Of a stretch of 64,000 nucleotides of DNA, positions 51,109-63,322 are shown one piece after another. Each line of letters begins with the position of its first letter. Positions within the stretch are counted from its first letter, which is position 1. The position numbers and the translations under genes are program-made. The stretch is from Lama glama. Lineage: Eukaryota. Under the pieces are notes generated by a model. The model was not told where the DNA came from and searched no databases. It was given only the letters and a program-made list of their open reading frames with translations. Where the stretch lies: positions 8,310,001 through 8,374,000 of the forward strand of contig CM052816.1 of the NCBI GenBank assembly GCA_028534125.1, read 5' to 3'.

Positions 51109-51286
51109 CTCCACCCTGAATGAAGTCAACACCTCGTCTACCATCTCCTGTGACAGCCCCCTGGAGCCTCAAGAGGAACCAGAGCCCCAGCCTGGGTGCC
51201 AGGTGGGGCCAGAGCCAGAGCCAGAGCGGTCGCCGGATTCAAGCTGCCCCGGGCCTCGGGCTGAGGCGGAAGACAGCTTCCTGTAG
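51109..51286 (+). CDS. PDGFRB: PDGFRB exon 23 coding part (ends in PDZ-binding DSFL, TAG)
   Basis: [26 protein letters not shown]...AEAEDSFL*. Summed exon lengths are 3309 nt = 1102 aa + stop, with phases consistent throughout. Confidence 0.96.
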
Positions 51287-53145
51287 GGGCTGGTCCCCAC
51301 CTTCCCCTGCCCGAAGCTCCCCCTCTACCTCCCAGCACCCTGCGCCTCCCGGCCTGGCCTTCCATCAGCTGTCCCCTTCTGGAAAGCTTTTGCCCCTGGC
51401 ATGTCACACCCCAACCCCTGGGGCTGGCTTAGGAGGGAAGAGGACTGCAGGGGCCGGGACCAGCCCTCTGCCTCTGGGGAGGCCATGTGACTCTGAGCCA
51501 GGATTCTCCCAGGGGACTCAGTTTCCCCATCTGTAAGATGGGAAAGGTGGGCCTGGTGACTCACAATCTGGGACTCTCTCCCTGGCTGGCAGATGTGGAG
51601 GTGGGAATCCCTGCAGAGATTCTCAAGGTTCATGAGGTGGTAAATTCACTTTTTTTTTCTGTTCAGCCAGCTGCCCCTCAAGGAGCTGCAGCTCTCTCCC
51701 TGCACTTTTATCTCCCCAAGAGCTGGGGAGGGGACCCTAGCATTCCTGGCTCCGGGCTGAGCTGGGGCCTGGCCTTGGACAGTATTTCCTCATCCAGAAG
51801 CCACCTCCCACCGATGCCAGTCTTTGCTTCCCCAGGCCCAAGCTGGTCTGGGGCCTTCTGTGCTTAATTAGTGCTGGGGGCTGAGCCAAGTACAGGACAC
51901 CCTGGCCTGGAGCCCCTGCCCCGGGCACTCGGGGTACACCTCCCCATAAAAGTGCCTGTGTCCGTGTCTTCTTGGCCCCTTGAGTCTAGGGGCCTTTTTC
52001 TTCATCACTGCCAGTCTTAATCCACTCACCAGAGTCCCCAGGGCCAGACAAGCCCCACGTCTTTGTTGAGTGTATTGACGTGCCTGCAAGAAGTGTATGC
52101 ACATGTGGACCTATATATGGACCAGTATGTGTACTGGACCCGCCAGGAGACCTTGGAGGAATCCCTCACCCTCCCGGGGCCTGTTTTCCCTGTTGACAAA
52201 TTAGCAGGTTGGACTCTGACTTCTGGTGCCCTGCCAGCACTAGCATTCTAGAATATTCCAGGAGCTGCATACTTGCTCAGATGAAGCAAAGCAAAACACC
52301 CCAAACCTCTATCCTAGGGGTCAGCCGGGGCCTGGGGAGATTCCAGACCACAGATCATACTCTGGGCATTCAGGAACTGTGCCCCTTCCCCAGACCCCTG
52401 GCTAGTCCCAAAAGGCCAGCTGCCCAGGCCTTGACTATAAGTGACAGCCAGTGTCCTGGAGATCCCCCAGCAGCTGCCCCATGGACATGGGGAGACCATG
52501 GGACCCCTTTCAGCACCTACATGACCTCTGGAGCTATCCTGGGCAGAGGTGGCAGAGATCGCAGGTCAGGCCATCTGGTGCAGCCCAGCATGCCAGGATC
52601 TGCTGTCCAGGCCTGTGCCACAGACATAAAGGACAGAGAAAGGACAAGAAGCCTTGGATGAGGGACCTAAGAAAGGGGCGCAAGAGGTGGGTACTTTGGA
52701 AGTTGCTTTCCCACCGGACAGCTGCCCTACCCTGAGGCAGGAACCATGGGAGATGGCTTTGACTGCCCCAGGATGCTCACCTCACTGTCACTGCCAGTCC
52801 AGTGGGCTCTGGAGGTGCCAGGGGAGTGAGGGCTGTGGCCCAGACCGCTGGCAGGGGAAGGGCCAGAAGGGGGATGAGAGAAGGTCAGCGGCTCTGGGCA
52901 CCAGCCCCCTGTGCTGGTTCGCACCTCCCTGTCCTGGGACCACCGAAGTCTGGTCAAGGAGAAGGTGTGTTCTCACTACGGTACCAAAGATGTAATCACC
53001 TAGGTTTACAAGTATTTTTAGGACTCACATTAACTCACATTTATACAACAGAAGTGCTATTTTGTATGCCATCAAGTTTTCCTCTCTGTGTACTTTTTTT
53101 TTTAAGAGAAAGATTTTAATATTAAACCTGGTGCTTCTCACGCAC
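51287..53145 (+). other. PDGFRB: PDGFRB 3'UTR (~1.85 kb)
   Basis: Follows the stop codon and ends in an AT-rich, conserved-looking block with ATTAAA and a GT-rich downstream element. Confidence 0.8.
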
Positions 53146-53175
53146 AGACTTCGTGGTGTCTCGTGGGTTTGTGTC
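53121..53175 (+). terminator. PDGFRB polyadenylation signal
   Basis: ATTAAA at 53121-53126, CA dinucleotides about 15-20 nt later, then GU-rich TCGTGGTGTCTCGTGGGTTTGTGT. Confidence 0.8.
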
Positions 53176-53619
53176 CCTGGGCCCGGGAGGTGGCAGAAGT
53201 GGCGTGGGACAGACAGGCTCCCCCAGCTGTAGGATCCCGGCACAGACCCCTTCAGTTCAAGTCTCGTTTCCATCTGTACGATGGGGTTTTCACGCTCCCT
53301 GTGGCCTTTGCTGGTACCTTGCTGGTACCTACCTGGACCTTAGGCTTCGCTTTTCCAAGGTGTGAAAGAAGGCTCTTCTGGCTCTGCTGTGCCCAGTTCT
53401 GGGATGGGAGCCTGAGCCTCACCCCACCCCGACTCCTACCCCCACCCCCACCCGGCTCCACCATGTGCTTTGGCTTTAACTATTAAGCCGGGCCACCCCC
53501 GCCCCCGCCCTGCCTCCACTCTGCACGAGGGCCCTGATTGAGGCTGCTGTGGCTCAGTGAGAGGCAGCTGCTAAAGCCCGGATCCCAGGCCTTGGTGAGT
53601 AGCAGTCGGGTCTCACGTA

Positions 53620-53728
53620 GGAGCAGGGCAGATGGATGGAGCACCCCGGGGTGCAGAAACAATGAGGAAGAGGATGAAGGAGAGAGAGGAAGAGGAACGG
53701 AGGAAGATGGGAGGTGAGTGTGGCCAGG
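53620..53728 (+). other. CSF1R: Candidate distal non-coding exon 1 of CSF1R (trophoblast-type promoter)
   Basis: Purine-rich AGAGAGAGGAAGAGGAACGGAGGAAG...GGCCAG resembles the human CSF1R distal 5'UTR (from memory). It lies about 480 bp after the PDGFRB polyA site, has GC boxes at 53497-53510 and a GAG|GTGAGT donor at 53713/53714. Confidence 0.5.
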
Positions 53729-56700
53729 GCAAGGCCAGGGGAGGGAAAGGGGGGCCGGCTGTGGCTGTGAGAGCGAAGTCTAGCCAGGCTGGGCAGAGGG
53801 GCTGCAGGCCGGCCCCTCATGGCTGCAGCAGCTCAGTGGTGTGGGGCTGGCAGGAGCCGGGTGTCTGATATCCACTGGCCGGCTCAGTGCAGGCTGTAGG
53901 TTCCACTGCCCAGCCTGGGCCTGGGAGGCCTGGCAGCAGCATGGGGCCAGGGCAACAGAGCTGCCTGAAGCCAGCCTGGGGCTTCCTGGCCCTCCCACCT
54001 GGGCCCTTTGGGAGGGGTCACCTGAGGTGGAATTGGGTTTCAGCCTGAGATCTGTCACACCTCGCTGAGTGACCTTGGCCATTCCTTACTCTCTCTAAGC
54101 TGGGGAAGGGGCATCTCAGTTTGTTTCTGGGGACCAGCACATTTTGGAGCCCCAGGCCTCCCTAGACAGCCTCCAGAAGTCTGAGGTCATGGCTGCCAGT
54201 GGGGAGAGGGACAGAGATGTGGGGCAGCTCTGACTCATGGGCCCAGCCGCCAACTCAGGGGCAGCTGAGCCACACCAGGGGAAACCCTGCCCGCCGCAGG
54301 GCCTGGCCATGAAAACCCCACCCTCCTGGGGGTCCTGGCCTCAGAGCCTGTGGCCCCTCCTCTCCTGGCTACGGTAGGAGGTGATCTGCCCTGTAAAGAC
54401 ATGAAACAACCACATTCCGGGTGGGGATTATCCTTGCCAGTGGGAAAGGCCTCCATCTGGGGGTCAGGGGACCTTGGCTCCCTCCCCCAGGCCTGCTCCT
54501 CGTGGGGCCTTGGGTGGATTAGACCGCCTCTGGTTTCCATTTTCCCAGCAATAAATGGGGCTGATGACACCACAAGAGGGAAAGGAGGATAAACCGCTGG
54601 CTTCCACTTGCTGAACGGTTACTACGTTCCAGGGCCACCTGTTGCCGCGCACATGTTCTCTCACATCCACCCTATGAACCAGGGACTATGATCATCCTCG
54701 TATTACAAAGGGGAAACCGGGTTCCGGGAGGAGGGTCAAGGGATTTGCCCAAGGTCATCTGTGGGTGTGGCAGGGATGGGTGGGAGCTGGGCCTGGCTGA
54801 CTCTGGGGTCAGGGCTCAGGGAGGTGCAGGTCAGCCCAGGCTGCAGGGCTGGGGAGTAGGGAGCCCTGTCTCCCAGCTCCAGACCTCATGCTATGTGTCC
54901 CCACGGGAAAGGGTGGGAAAGTGCTGAGGAGGGGAAAGGGCAAAGTGAATCTGAGGGCTCGGTAAACATAATAGAGTCTGGTGGAGCGCTTGGAACCCAC
55001 AGGCCCCTGTGCAGGTGGGGTGTGGGAGATGGAGGACTGGGAGCCATAGGTCAGCCTCTGCTGGCTCCTGCCTCCCAGCCTCGCCACTCAGGCGGGCCCA
55101 TGGGAATGGGTGAGCTGGAATTTTCCCCGCAGACGATGAGCCACTCGACTACACAATTCTTCCACCACCCTATACACAGCCAGGGTCCTTGTTCCCGGAA
55201 AAAGAGCGAAGGACTGAAAGCTTCTGCTCCCGGGGCCCTGACCCTCAGCTGATGAGGGGCCCACAGCCCCCATTAATGCCCCTTTGAATTAGGGCAGTGT
55301 CTCCCCAAGGCCTCTTTTATTTCAGTTTCTCATTCAGCTTCATAAGAATTGAAAATTCCTTTTATAAAAGTACTTATGTAACATATGCCTGCCTTAAAAA
55401 ATGCCAATTACCAAAATATAGAGAGAAAATCTCTCTGTACATCTTGTATTTTTAACTCCAATAGCATTTTAAATGCTTATCTTCTTTACTCAGCAAGTGT
55501 GTGTGTAGGAATTTATCTTATGGAAATTCTGCCTCTCACTGTGCGTAGTTTAATTATTTCTTCTAGGTTCTGCCCCCTCACATCTATATTCATATTTTCA
55601 TTTTGTATCTGTACCTATCTCTCTACATATATAAAACTGTAATTTTAAATAAAACTGCCACTACTGTTTTGCAGCTTTTTGCTTTTCACTGAACAACACA
55701 TCACAGATGCACTCACAGGTCAGTGTCGCATACAGATTCATTCATTTTGAGAGCTGCACATAATTTAAAGCCTGCCTGTGACTTAAATTATTTAACCAAT
55801 TCCCTACTGATGGCCATTTAATGTTTCAGAGTTGTAAATTAGTCTGGAATGACCATTGTTTGTAAAGCATATTTCTCTTTGCACATTTTTATGTCTTTTT
55901 CCATAAGATAGATTCCTAGGTGCAGAGTTGCTGAGTAAACTAAGAGAGACTAAACATTTCAAATGTTACTGGAGTCTTAAAGTTCCCCTGAAAATACCCA
56001 GAAAGAAAACCAAACATGTAAATGATGAGAACAAACTGCTTAATTCTAAATAGCGGCTGGCTCTGTCCCGATCCGTCACCGTGGGTTCCTGTCAGTGGGC
56101 CCATGTGACGTTCACCATAAACCTAGGAGACAAGCCAAGGGAAGATTCAGATTAGAAGCTGAGGCTCAGAGCCGTGAAGTGCTGGCCCAGGGTCACACCC
56201 GGGGAGGTTCTTGCCTGCCAGTCTCATGTCCTTGCTATGACCTTCCTCAGAGCCCCAGCCACTGCTGAAGGCAGTCCAGTTCCTGGATGCAGAGGGGACA
56301 GTAGACTGGGCCCTGGGGTCAGGGTGCTGGCCGCCCACTCAGGGTGTGGCTCCTGGAACTCCCTGGGTGGGCTCCCCTTTGGAGGGGGCTTCTGGGGCTG
56401 CTCTGGGCAACGACAGGTTCCCACAGCTCAGAAGACAATCTGCCACAACAGAGTTGGCGACCTGATGAAGGGGCTCCGGCCTGAGGCAGGGGAGCAGCAC
56501 CTTTTCTCAGGGTCCAGCAGGGACTTGGGGATAGCACAGAAGCCAGACTGTCTCCCTGTGGTCCCCCTCCCACTGGCTCACTGGGCCCCCTAGAGCTCAC
56601 GTGTCTGCCCCCGATAGGGCTCCGGTCCTCTGAACAGGGTTGGGCAGCTGCAGTCTCTTTCTGGTTTGGGGTTTCGTGGGTAATCACTGCAAGGAACCAG

Positions 56701-57009
56701 AAAGTCACAAACATGGGGAAGTAACCAAGCTTCTGGAAAATCACAGAATTCTCAGAGCAGTTGTTCCCTTCTGAAGGGACAAGATGGCAGTTTCCATGCC
56801 TGAAAGTTTATCTTCTTCTTTCCTGATCTTCTTGAAGCATACCATGATCTTGGCTCTCCTGTGCTCAAACATCATCAGTGGCTCCCGATGGCCCAACAAA
56901 CAAAGCGCAGACACCCTAGTGTGGTCTTCAAGGCCCTCCCTGACCTGGCTCCTTCTCCTGCTGCCTCTCCCACATCTGCCCTCCAAGGCCCGTCTGCACC
57001 TTTGTGGGC

Positions 57010-57395
57010 CACAAGCTCTCCAACCTCCCAACAGTGCACAGGGGTCCCTTTCCTCCACATCGTCACCAACACTTGTTATCGCTTGTCTTTTTGGTGGTAG
57101 CCATTCTGGCAGGTGTAAGGTGATCCCTCATTGTGGTTTTGATTTGATTTCCCTGATGATTAGCGACGTGCATATTTTCATGTGCTTGTTGGCCAATTGT
57201 AGATCTTTGAAAACATCTATTCAGTTCCTCGGTCCAGGTTTTAAAAAGATTGTTTGTTTGTTGCTGTTGAGTTGCACGAGTTCCTTATATTTTGGAAATT
57301 AACTCCTTATCAGATACATAATTTGCAAATACTTTCTCCCACATCATAGGTTACTGTTTCACTCTGTTGGCCGTTTCTTTTGTGGTGCAGAAGCC
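57010..57395 (-). mobile_element. L1 fragment (ORF2 3' region) nested in an L2
   Basis: Typical antisense L1M text CCTCATTGTGGTTTTGATTTGATTTCCCTGATGATTAG...TTTGCAAATACTTTCTCCCA...GTGCAGAAGC, flanked on both sides by L2-like sequence. Confidence 0.85.
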
Positions 57396-60300
57396 CCTCC
57401 CTCTGCACCTCTGTTGGTGCTGTCCTTACTGCCTAGGATGCCTAGCATGCCTAGCACTCTATGACTGAAAGGCAAGGTCTTGGTCTAACTTCCAGCCCAG
57501 CACAAAGCCACCTCCTCCAAGAAGCCTTCCTGATCACTCAGGTGGAAGAGGTTTCTCTCCTCAGTCTTTTGCTTGTGCCACTGAGGGGCCCTTGCGTTTG
57601 TTTGACACCTCCAGTCCCTGGATGTCCTGTGTGCTCTCTCACATCCAGGACTTTACTATGCTTCTCTCCTTCCTGCAACATTTCTTACTCCTCCCTGCCT
57701 CCCTCTAGCTTGTCCTCATTTTAGGCAGACTCTCCCTTGTCCGTTCTCCAGCACTCCCAGGATGTCCTGCTACTTCGCTGATGTCCTGGTTCCTCTTCTG
57801 GCTCCGCCGCCAGACCATGAGCTCCAGAAAGGGAGGGACGATGCCTGAGTGTTCACCACCATCCCTGGGACCAAGCAGAGAGTAAACACTTGATAAATAT
57901 TTGCTGAATGTGCTTCACCTGCATTCTCACTGGACCTGAGTCAATAACCCCTCCCCTGTTTTGCAGATAAAAAGACAGAGAAGCCAGGGACCTGGCTGTG
58001 GTCACACAGCTATGAGTAGAGAGTGTGATTCCTAGTCTGTCTGGCGTCAAAAACCAGGTGGGTTCCCTCTACCCTTGACCTTTCTGGGAGCACCAGCCAT
58101 TGTGAAGTCAGGTGGTTAAGCACAAGGGGGCTGGAGCCAAGTTTCTGGGTTTAAATCCAGCCCCACTGCTTATCAGCTGTGTGACCCTGGGCAGAACACT
58201 TAACGTCTCTGAGCTTGTCTTTCCTCATTTGTAACATGGAATAAGTGATTGTGAGGATCAAGTGACATGACCTGTACAAAGGGCTTAGAGACTGGCACAA
58301 AGACAGTGCCCAATGGACAGGGGGACTCAGGATGGCCCCTCTTTATGCAACTGCTTTAGTGCAGTTGTTAGTGGCACCCCTTTGAGGTCACAGGTCCCCA
58401 TATGGATAGTAAATTGCATTAATATAGATCGATGCCAGTATTATGATCTGCATTATAGGACCACCACTTAAGTCAGGGAGGGCCTTGCAGGCAGGGAAGA
58501 GCTCTGAGCCTTCTCCTTCCTGGACCCAGAACAGGTCCTGGCACAAGAAGCCTTCACCAAATGGACTGGTTTCCGAGAGCAAAGGATTCCTTTTACTCTC
58601 TGTTCATTTGTTTACATGTTTACTTATTTATTCATGCATCTGGCACTGACTGGGCTCCCGTCATCTGCCAGGCATGGGCCAAGGGCAGCGGGCGTCAAGA
58701 CTGGGAGAGAGGCAGGGCCTGCCAGGGAGCTCGTGTTGGGGATGGAGGGGTCAGGACAACGCTATGTCAATAACCCCCTCAACTGGGAACATCCCAACCC
58801 TGAGGACTGCTGTGACCTCGGGGGGCCAGAGAGAGTATAAGACAGGCAAAGACAGAGGAGGGGCGAGCAGGAGTGTGTAGCCCAGTAAGAAAGAGCGTGG
58901 TGAGCTCAGGAGTTGAAAGCGCAGTGTTCATTACAGCAGGGAGAGCGTGGGGAGAGCGAAGGGGCAGAGGCCAGCAGGGGACAGCTGGTCTAGCCCTGCT
59001 TGAGTGCGAACTTGATCTGCGCTACGGGGCTGAAACAGTAGACGGGAACAAACACCCCACAGCAGCCCAAACCAGATACTGGAACTCATTTAATCCTCGA
59101 CCCTAGAGGGAGGTGCGGTGGAAATTCTCTGGCCCAGAGCTGAAGCAGGACTGGTACCCAACTGTCCTGATGCTGCATTCCTGGTTCCTGGCTCAGGCCC
59201 CTCCGCTTCCTGGATCCCAGCACATGGTCTGGGCCTGGGGTTGAATCAGGAGGTGAGGGCTAAGCTATCCCTGCCATGGGGTCTGGAGGTGCCAGGAGCC
59301 TGGAACCAGGCAGAGTGATGAGGATCAGGCCCTCGGTGTGTGCAGGATGGTGGCAGGCCCACACAGTCACTTCAGGATTTCCTAATGTTTGGGCTGACAT
59401 GCAAACCTGTCTCAGAGTTCCTCTAACCACAGGAAGGAGTGATGTCAGTCCAGGATTCCTGTTTGTCACCCTCCCAGCAGCTTCCTCAGCCAGCCCACCC
59501 ACATCCACTGGTGGTCAGCACCCTTGCTGCTGGGAAGGACCCAGGGTCCCCCTGTGCATCATGGTGGTCATTAGCATAGGGTCTGCAGCCAGCTCTGTCA
59601 TCTGCTGGCTCTGGGACCTGGAGCAAGTGCCTAACCTCTCTGAGCCTTGGTTTCCTCATCTGCAAAATGAGGATAATTAACAGAACCAGCCTCCTGGCTG
59701 AGAGGATTAAATGAGATAAATGTACAGAGAGCCTGGCATGGTACCTGGTACGTAAACAACATGTGGAAAATGTGAAGCCTTCAAATGTCGTATTCGTGCG
59801 AGGGTTGAGTACCTTCCTGCTTGCAGAGCTTTGGAGCGCAGCATTCACTCATTGATTCATTCATCCTTCAAGTGTCTAAATCAGTGGATCAGAAGAGTCA
59901 AGTCTACCATAGGCTCAAGAGACAGAAATTCCCTCACCCGCTGTGTGATCTTGGGAAAGTGACTTAACTTCTCTGAATCTTGGGATAATAACCATACCTC
60001 CTTCTAGGGTTGAGGATTCAGTGAGAAAACTCCAAAGACCGCTTGGCATACCTACTGCCTGCCACATGGTGAGCACCTGATAAACCTCGGAGGCCTATGA
60101 GTGAGAAAATTACTGGGATGGGGGTGAGCCAGCAGGCCTGGGATGCACAGGAGGGGCCCCTGCCGGCCTGGGAGGGACAGGGAGGCCTGGAGGTAGGGAG
60201 GCCGAGGAGCTGTCAGAGTCAGAGTTAGCCAGGTGGACAGAACTAGCTGAGTAAGGCAGCTTCCTCTGACGTAGGAGACAGAGACAGGTTGTGCTAAGGT

Positions 60301-60529
60301 GGCCTAGACCACCCCTCAGGGCCACTGTGGCCCCCACCCCTCTCGCCAGCCACATCCCTTCTCCACCTCAACACCCTCCACCAGAGACTGGTCCTCGCCA
60401 GCCTGGGTCAGGGATTTTTTGGAACTGCATGGAAGCTGAGTACCATGTCCTGACATCAGACTCAAATTTCACTTACAACTTAGAGATTCTCACGTTTCCT
60501 CGAGGCTATCCTGGAGCTTTTGAGGGCAG

Positions 60530-60690
60530 AGGCCTGAGCCTGAGTAGCATCAGAATCCCCTAGCGAGCCTGCTTCCCATGCAGGTTCCCACCTCCCACCC
60601 CTAATTCAGCAGGCCTGGGGTGGCCCTGGAAGCTGCATTTTCACTCCTGTGGTCCTGAAGCTGGGGTTCCTGGACTGTACTTGGAGGTAC
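60530..60690. mobile_element. MER5A-like hAT-Charlie element
   Basis: GCATCAGAATCCCCT...TTCAGCAGGCCTGGGGTGGCCCTGGAAGCTGCATTTTC. Confidence 0.55.
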
Positions 60691-61619
60691 CCCCTTCTAG
60701 AGACTCCCATGAAGAACCCCTGGCCTACAGGATAAAGTCTGAGCCCCCAGCCAGGTGGTCGGGGACCCTTTCCACTTAGACCCTGCCCTTTTCTACCTTT
60801 GCCTCTGCCGCCCTCCGCTGACTGGCCACAGGGAGCCCCGAATTTTCACCTTCTCTGCTCTCATGCCAGTCACTCTCCTGGATTTCCTTTCTGCCTGGAG
60901 GACTCCTCCAAGGACCAGCTCTAAAGCCACCGCTCTGGAAGCCCTCAGAGACTCACCATCCTGTCCCCCATGTCACCTGATGTGCCCCTGTCACCACGCA
61001 AAGGGACTCCCTCCAAACGTGTTGGACTTGAAAAAGCTAATGTCATGCTGCTGACCTTGTATATTGTATATGAGCGTGAGGATGACCAGATATGCAGGGA
61101 GACCAGGTCCCAGTGGGACTGCTAAGGGACCAGAGTGCTCAACCTGGAGACATGGTGCCTCCGGAGGCCCCAGGGGTTGCCTCCCTATCGCTGGAGTCCT
61201 GTCGAGGGACAGGGAACAGAGTTGCCTCGGGGTCCGGGACGCAGCACCAGAAGCAGCAGGTGGGTGCCTCAGAGAGGTCTGTCTGTTCCCTGGGAGGGAA
61301 GCATGGGCTACAGCTTTCTGACAACAAGAGGCACGCAGGTGACCTGTCAGGAGTGCTGTGAGCGTGTGGGAAGTAGTATTGGCCGACTGACCGTGGTAGC
61401 AGGGAGCGGTCACCTGGGCCTGAGACTCCAAGAATCTCAGCTCCGGCTTGGAGAGTCTTCCCTAAAGAAGCTGTGTGACCTGAGATAAGTCACTTACCCT
61501 CTCTGACATTCCTTTTTCTTATCTCTACATTGGAGATAACATGCGCTTCACTGAGTCCTTGTGGCCCAGGCCCGTATGAGAAAATGGAAATGAAAGTGCC
61601 TTATAAACAATAAATGGCT

Positions 61620-62480
61620 CAGCCTTCCTAACTAAGCAAGACACAAAACCCAGAAGCCAGAAGTGAAAAGACCAACTAATCAGACAACATTCAAAGTAAA
61701 ACTTCTGTGTAAATAAGGACACCCCCACAAAAAAGTTAGAAGTGGTAGACTGGTGGAGAGTATTTGCAACATGGATGGTAATAGGGTTAATAGATGTAAT
61801 GCGGACTATAAATGGTGCCAATAAATCAATAAAAGACAAGAAACAAATGGAAAAATGGGCCAAGGATATCTGTAGAAGAAATCCAAATAGTGAAATAGTG
61901 TAGAAATACACAAGCGGGAAAAAAAAGTTTATTTCACCATCATTCTGGGAAATGCATATTAAAATCTCAGTGAAATAACATTTTTTAAATATTAGACTAG
62001 GAATATTTTTAAAGATCAACAATAGCCAGTGTCAGCAAGAATTTCGTGAAGCTGGGTTTCCCACACACTGTTGGCTGGAGCGCACATTTGCACAGCCTTT
62101 TTTGGAGGGCAGTTTAACAGTACCTCCACATTTTGATGTACCTGCTCTTTGACTCAGCAATCCCTCCTCTGGGAATGGACTCCGCTCACATGAGGGCACA
62201 CATGCACGATGGCTTGTGTGAGGATGTTCACCGTAGCATTGTTTACAGTGGAGAAAAATCAAGAAACTAAAGTGTCCATTAAGTAGAGGGATGGTAGGAA
62301 AAAATTGTGGCACATCCCTGTCATGAAGACAGCGTAGCAATTAAAAAACAAGGAGGTAGGTCTCCATGTACACACGTGGAAAGACTTCTAAGATGTGTGG
62401 TCAAGTGATAAAACTCAAGCCCCTAGTGCAATAAATAGCATATGACACTATCTTTAGGAACCATAATGTATGGCTGAATG
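61620..62480 (+). mobile_element. Old L1M fragment (ORF2 end/3'UTR); further L1 pieces at ~7230-7530 -, 55310-55990 -, 63140-63500 -
   Basis: A-rich; AAAATGGGCCAAGGA...GGAAATGCATATTAAAA...GACTCAGCAATCCCTCCTCTGGGAAT...GGATGTTCACCGTAGCATTGTTT. Confidence 0.8.
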
Positions 62481-62869
62481 GACGGATGGATAGATACACG
62501 AGCATGTAGGTGCGTGAGCAAACGTCGGGCAGGGTACACTGTACCCACAATTCTTCCTGGAGGTTTTTGTTGGGAAAGGGGCTGTGTGGTTGGGAGGATT
62601 TTGGGGGAACTCCCACTTGGGGAAAACAGATCCTTCTTCATGTATGAATATCTTACAGTGAGCACTGCAGGAGCAAGGAGGACAAAGGAACGGTGGTGGG
62701 AGGGGATTCCTGCGACTACCGCCATCTGCCTGGGTCCTGTAACTGCTGGTGGCCGACGAGAGAGCCTGTGAATTGCCTCTGCTGTTCATTTCTTTCCAAA
62801 TGCCCTCTTTTCCTTCCCTGCCTCTGCCTGGCAAAATCCAACCCTCCCCAGGCCTGGCACTTGCCCCAG

Positions 62870-63140
62870 CTCAATTTATTATTTAGCTTTTGCTGCATAG
62901 CAAACAAACAAAACTCCCACAAAACCAAGACAATAATAAACATTTATTTCTCACGCATCTACCCCGTATGCAGCTGATCTGGTTGGACGCAGCGGGGTTC
63001 ACTCATGCATCTACAGGGCAGCGGGGGACTGCTCCAGGCTGGGTTTAGCAGACGTACCTCGGCTGGCGCAGCTGTTTCACATGCTTTTCATCCTTTTAGG
63101 ACCAACGAGCCAGCTCAGTGATGTTAGAAGCATATTCTTG
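62870..63140. mobile_element. MaLR (MLT1-like) LTR fragment
   Basis: TTAGCTTTTGCTGCATAGCAAAC...AAACATTTATTTCTCACGCATCT...GCTGATCTGG...CTCATGCATCT is typical of MLT1 LTRs. Confidence 0.6.
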
Positions 63141-63266
63141 TGTCTTTCAAAGGATTTGTCCATCTTATCCAACTTGTTTAAGTTCTGTGCCTAGAGTTGT
63201 TCATGGCATTCCCTTATTATCCTTTTAATGTCCATAGGGTTGGTGGTGATGTCCACTCTTTCATTC

Positions 63267-63322
63267 CTGATATTTGTAACTTGCATCTTTTCTTCTGATA
63301 TTTGTAACTTGCATCTTTTCTT
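63267..63322 (+). repeat. Perfect 28-bp tandem duplication inside an L1 fragment
   Basis: CTGATATTTGTAACTTGCATCTTTTCTT at 63267-63294 and 63295-63322. Confidence 0.9.

Noticed and set aside
53308..53329. Short tandem duplications (11-bp here; also ~11660-11692 and 57430-57456)
   Set aside because: Ordinary slippage-type micro-duplications; no repeat-spacer architecture, so not CRISPR-like.
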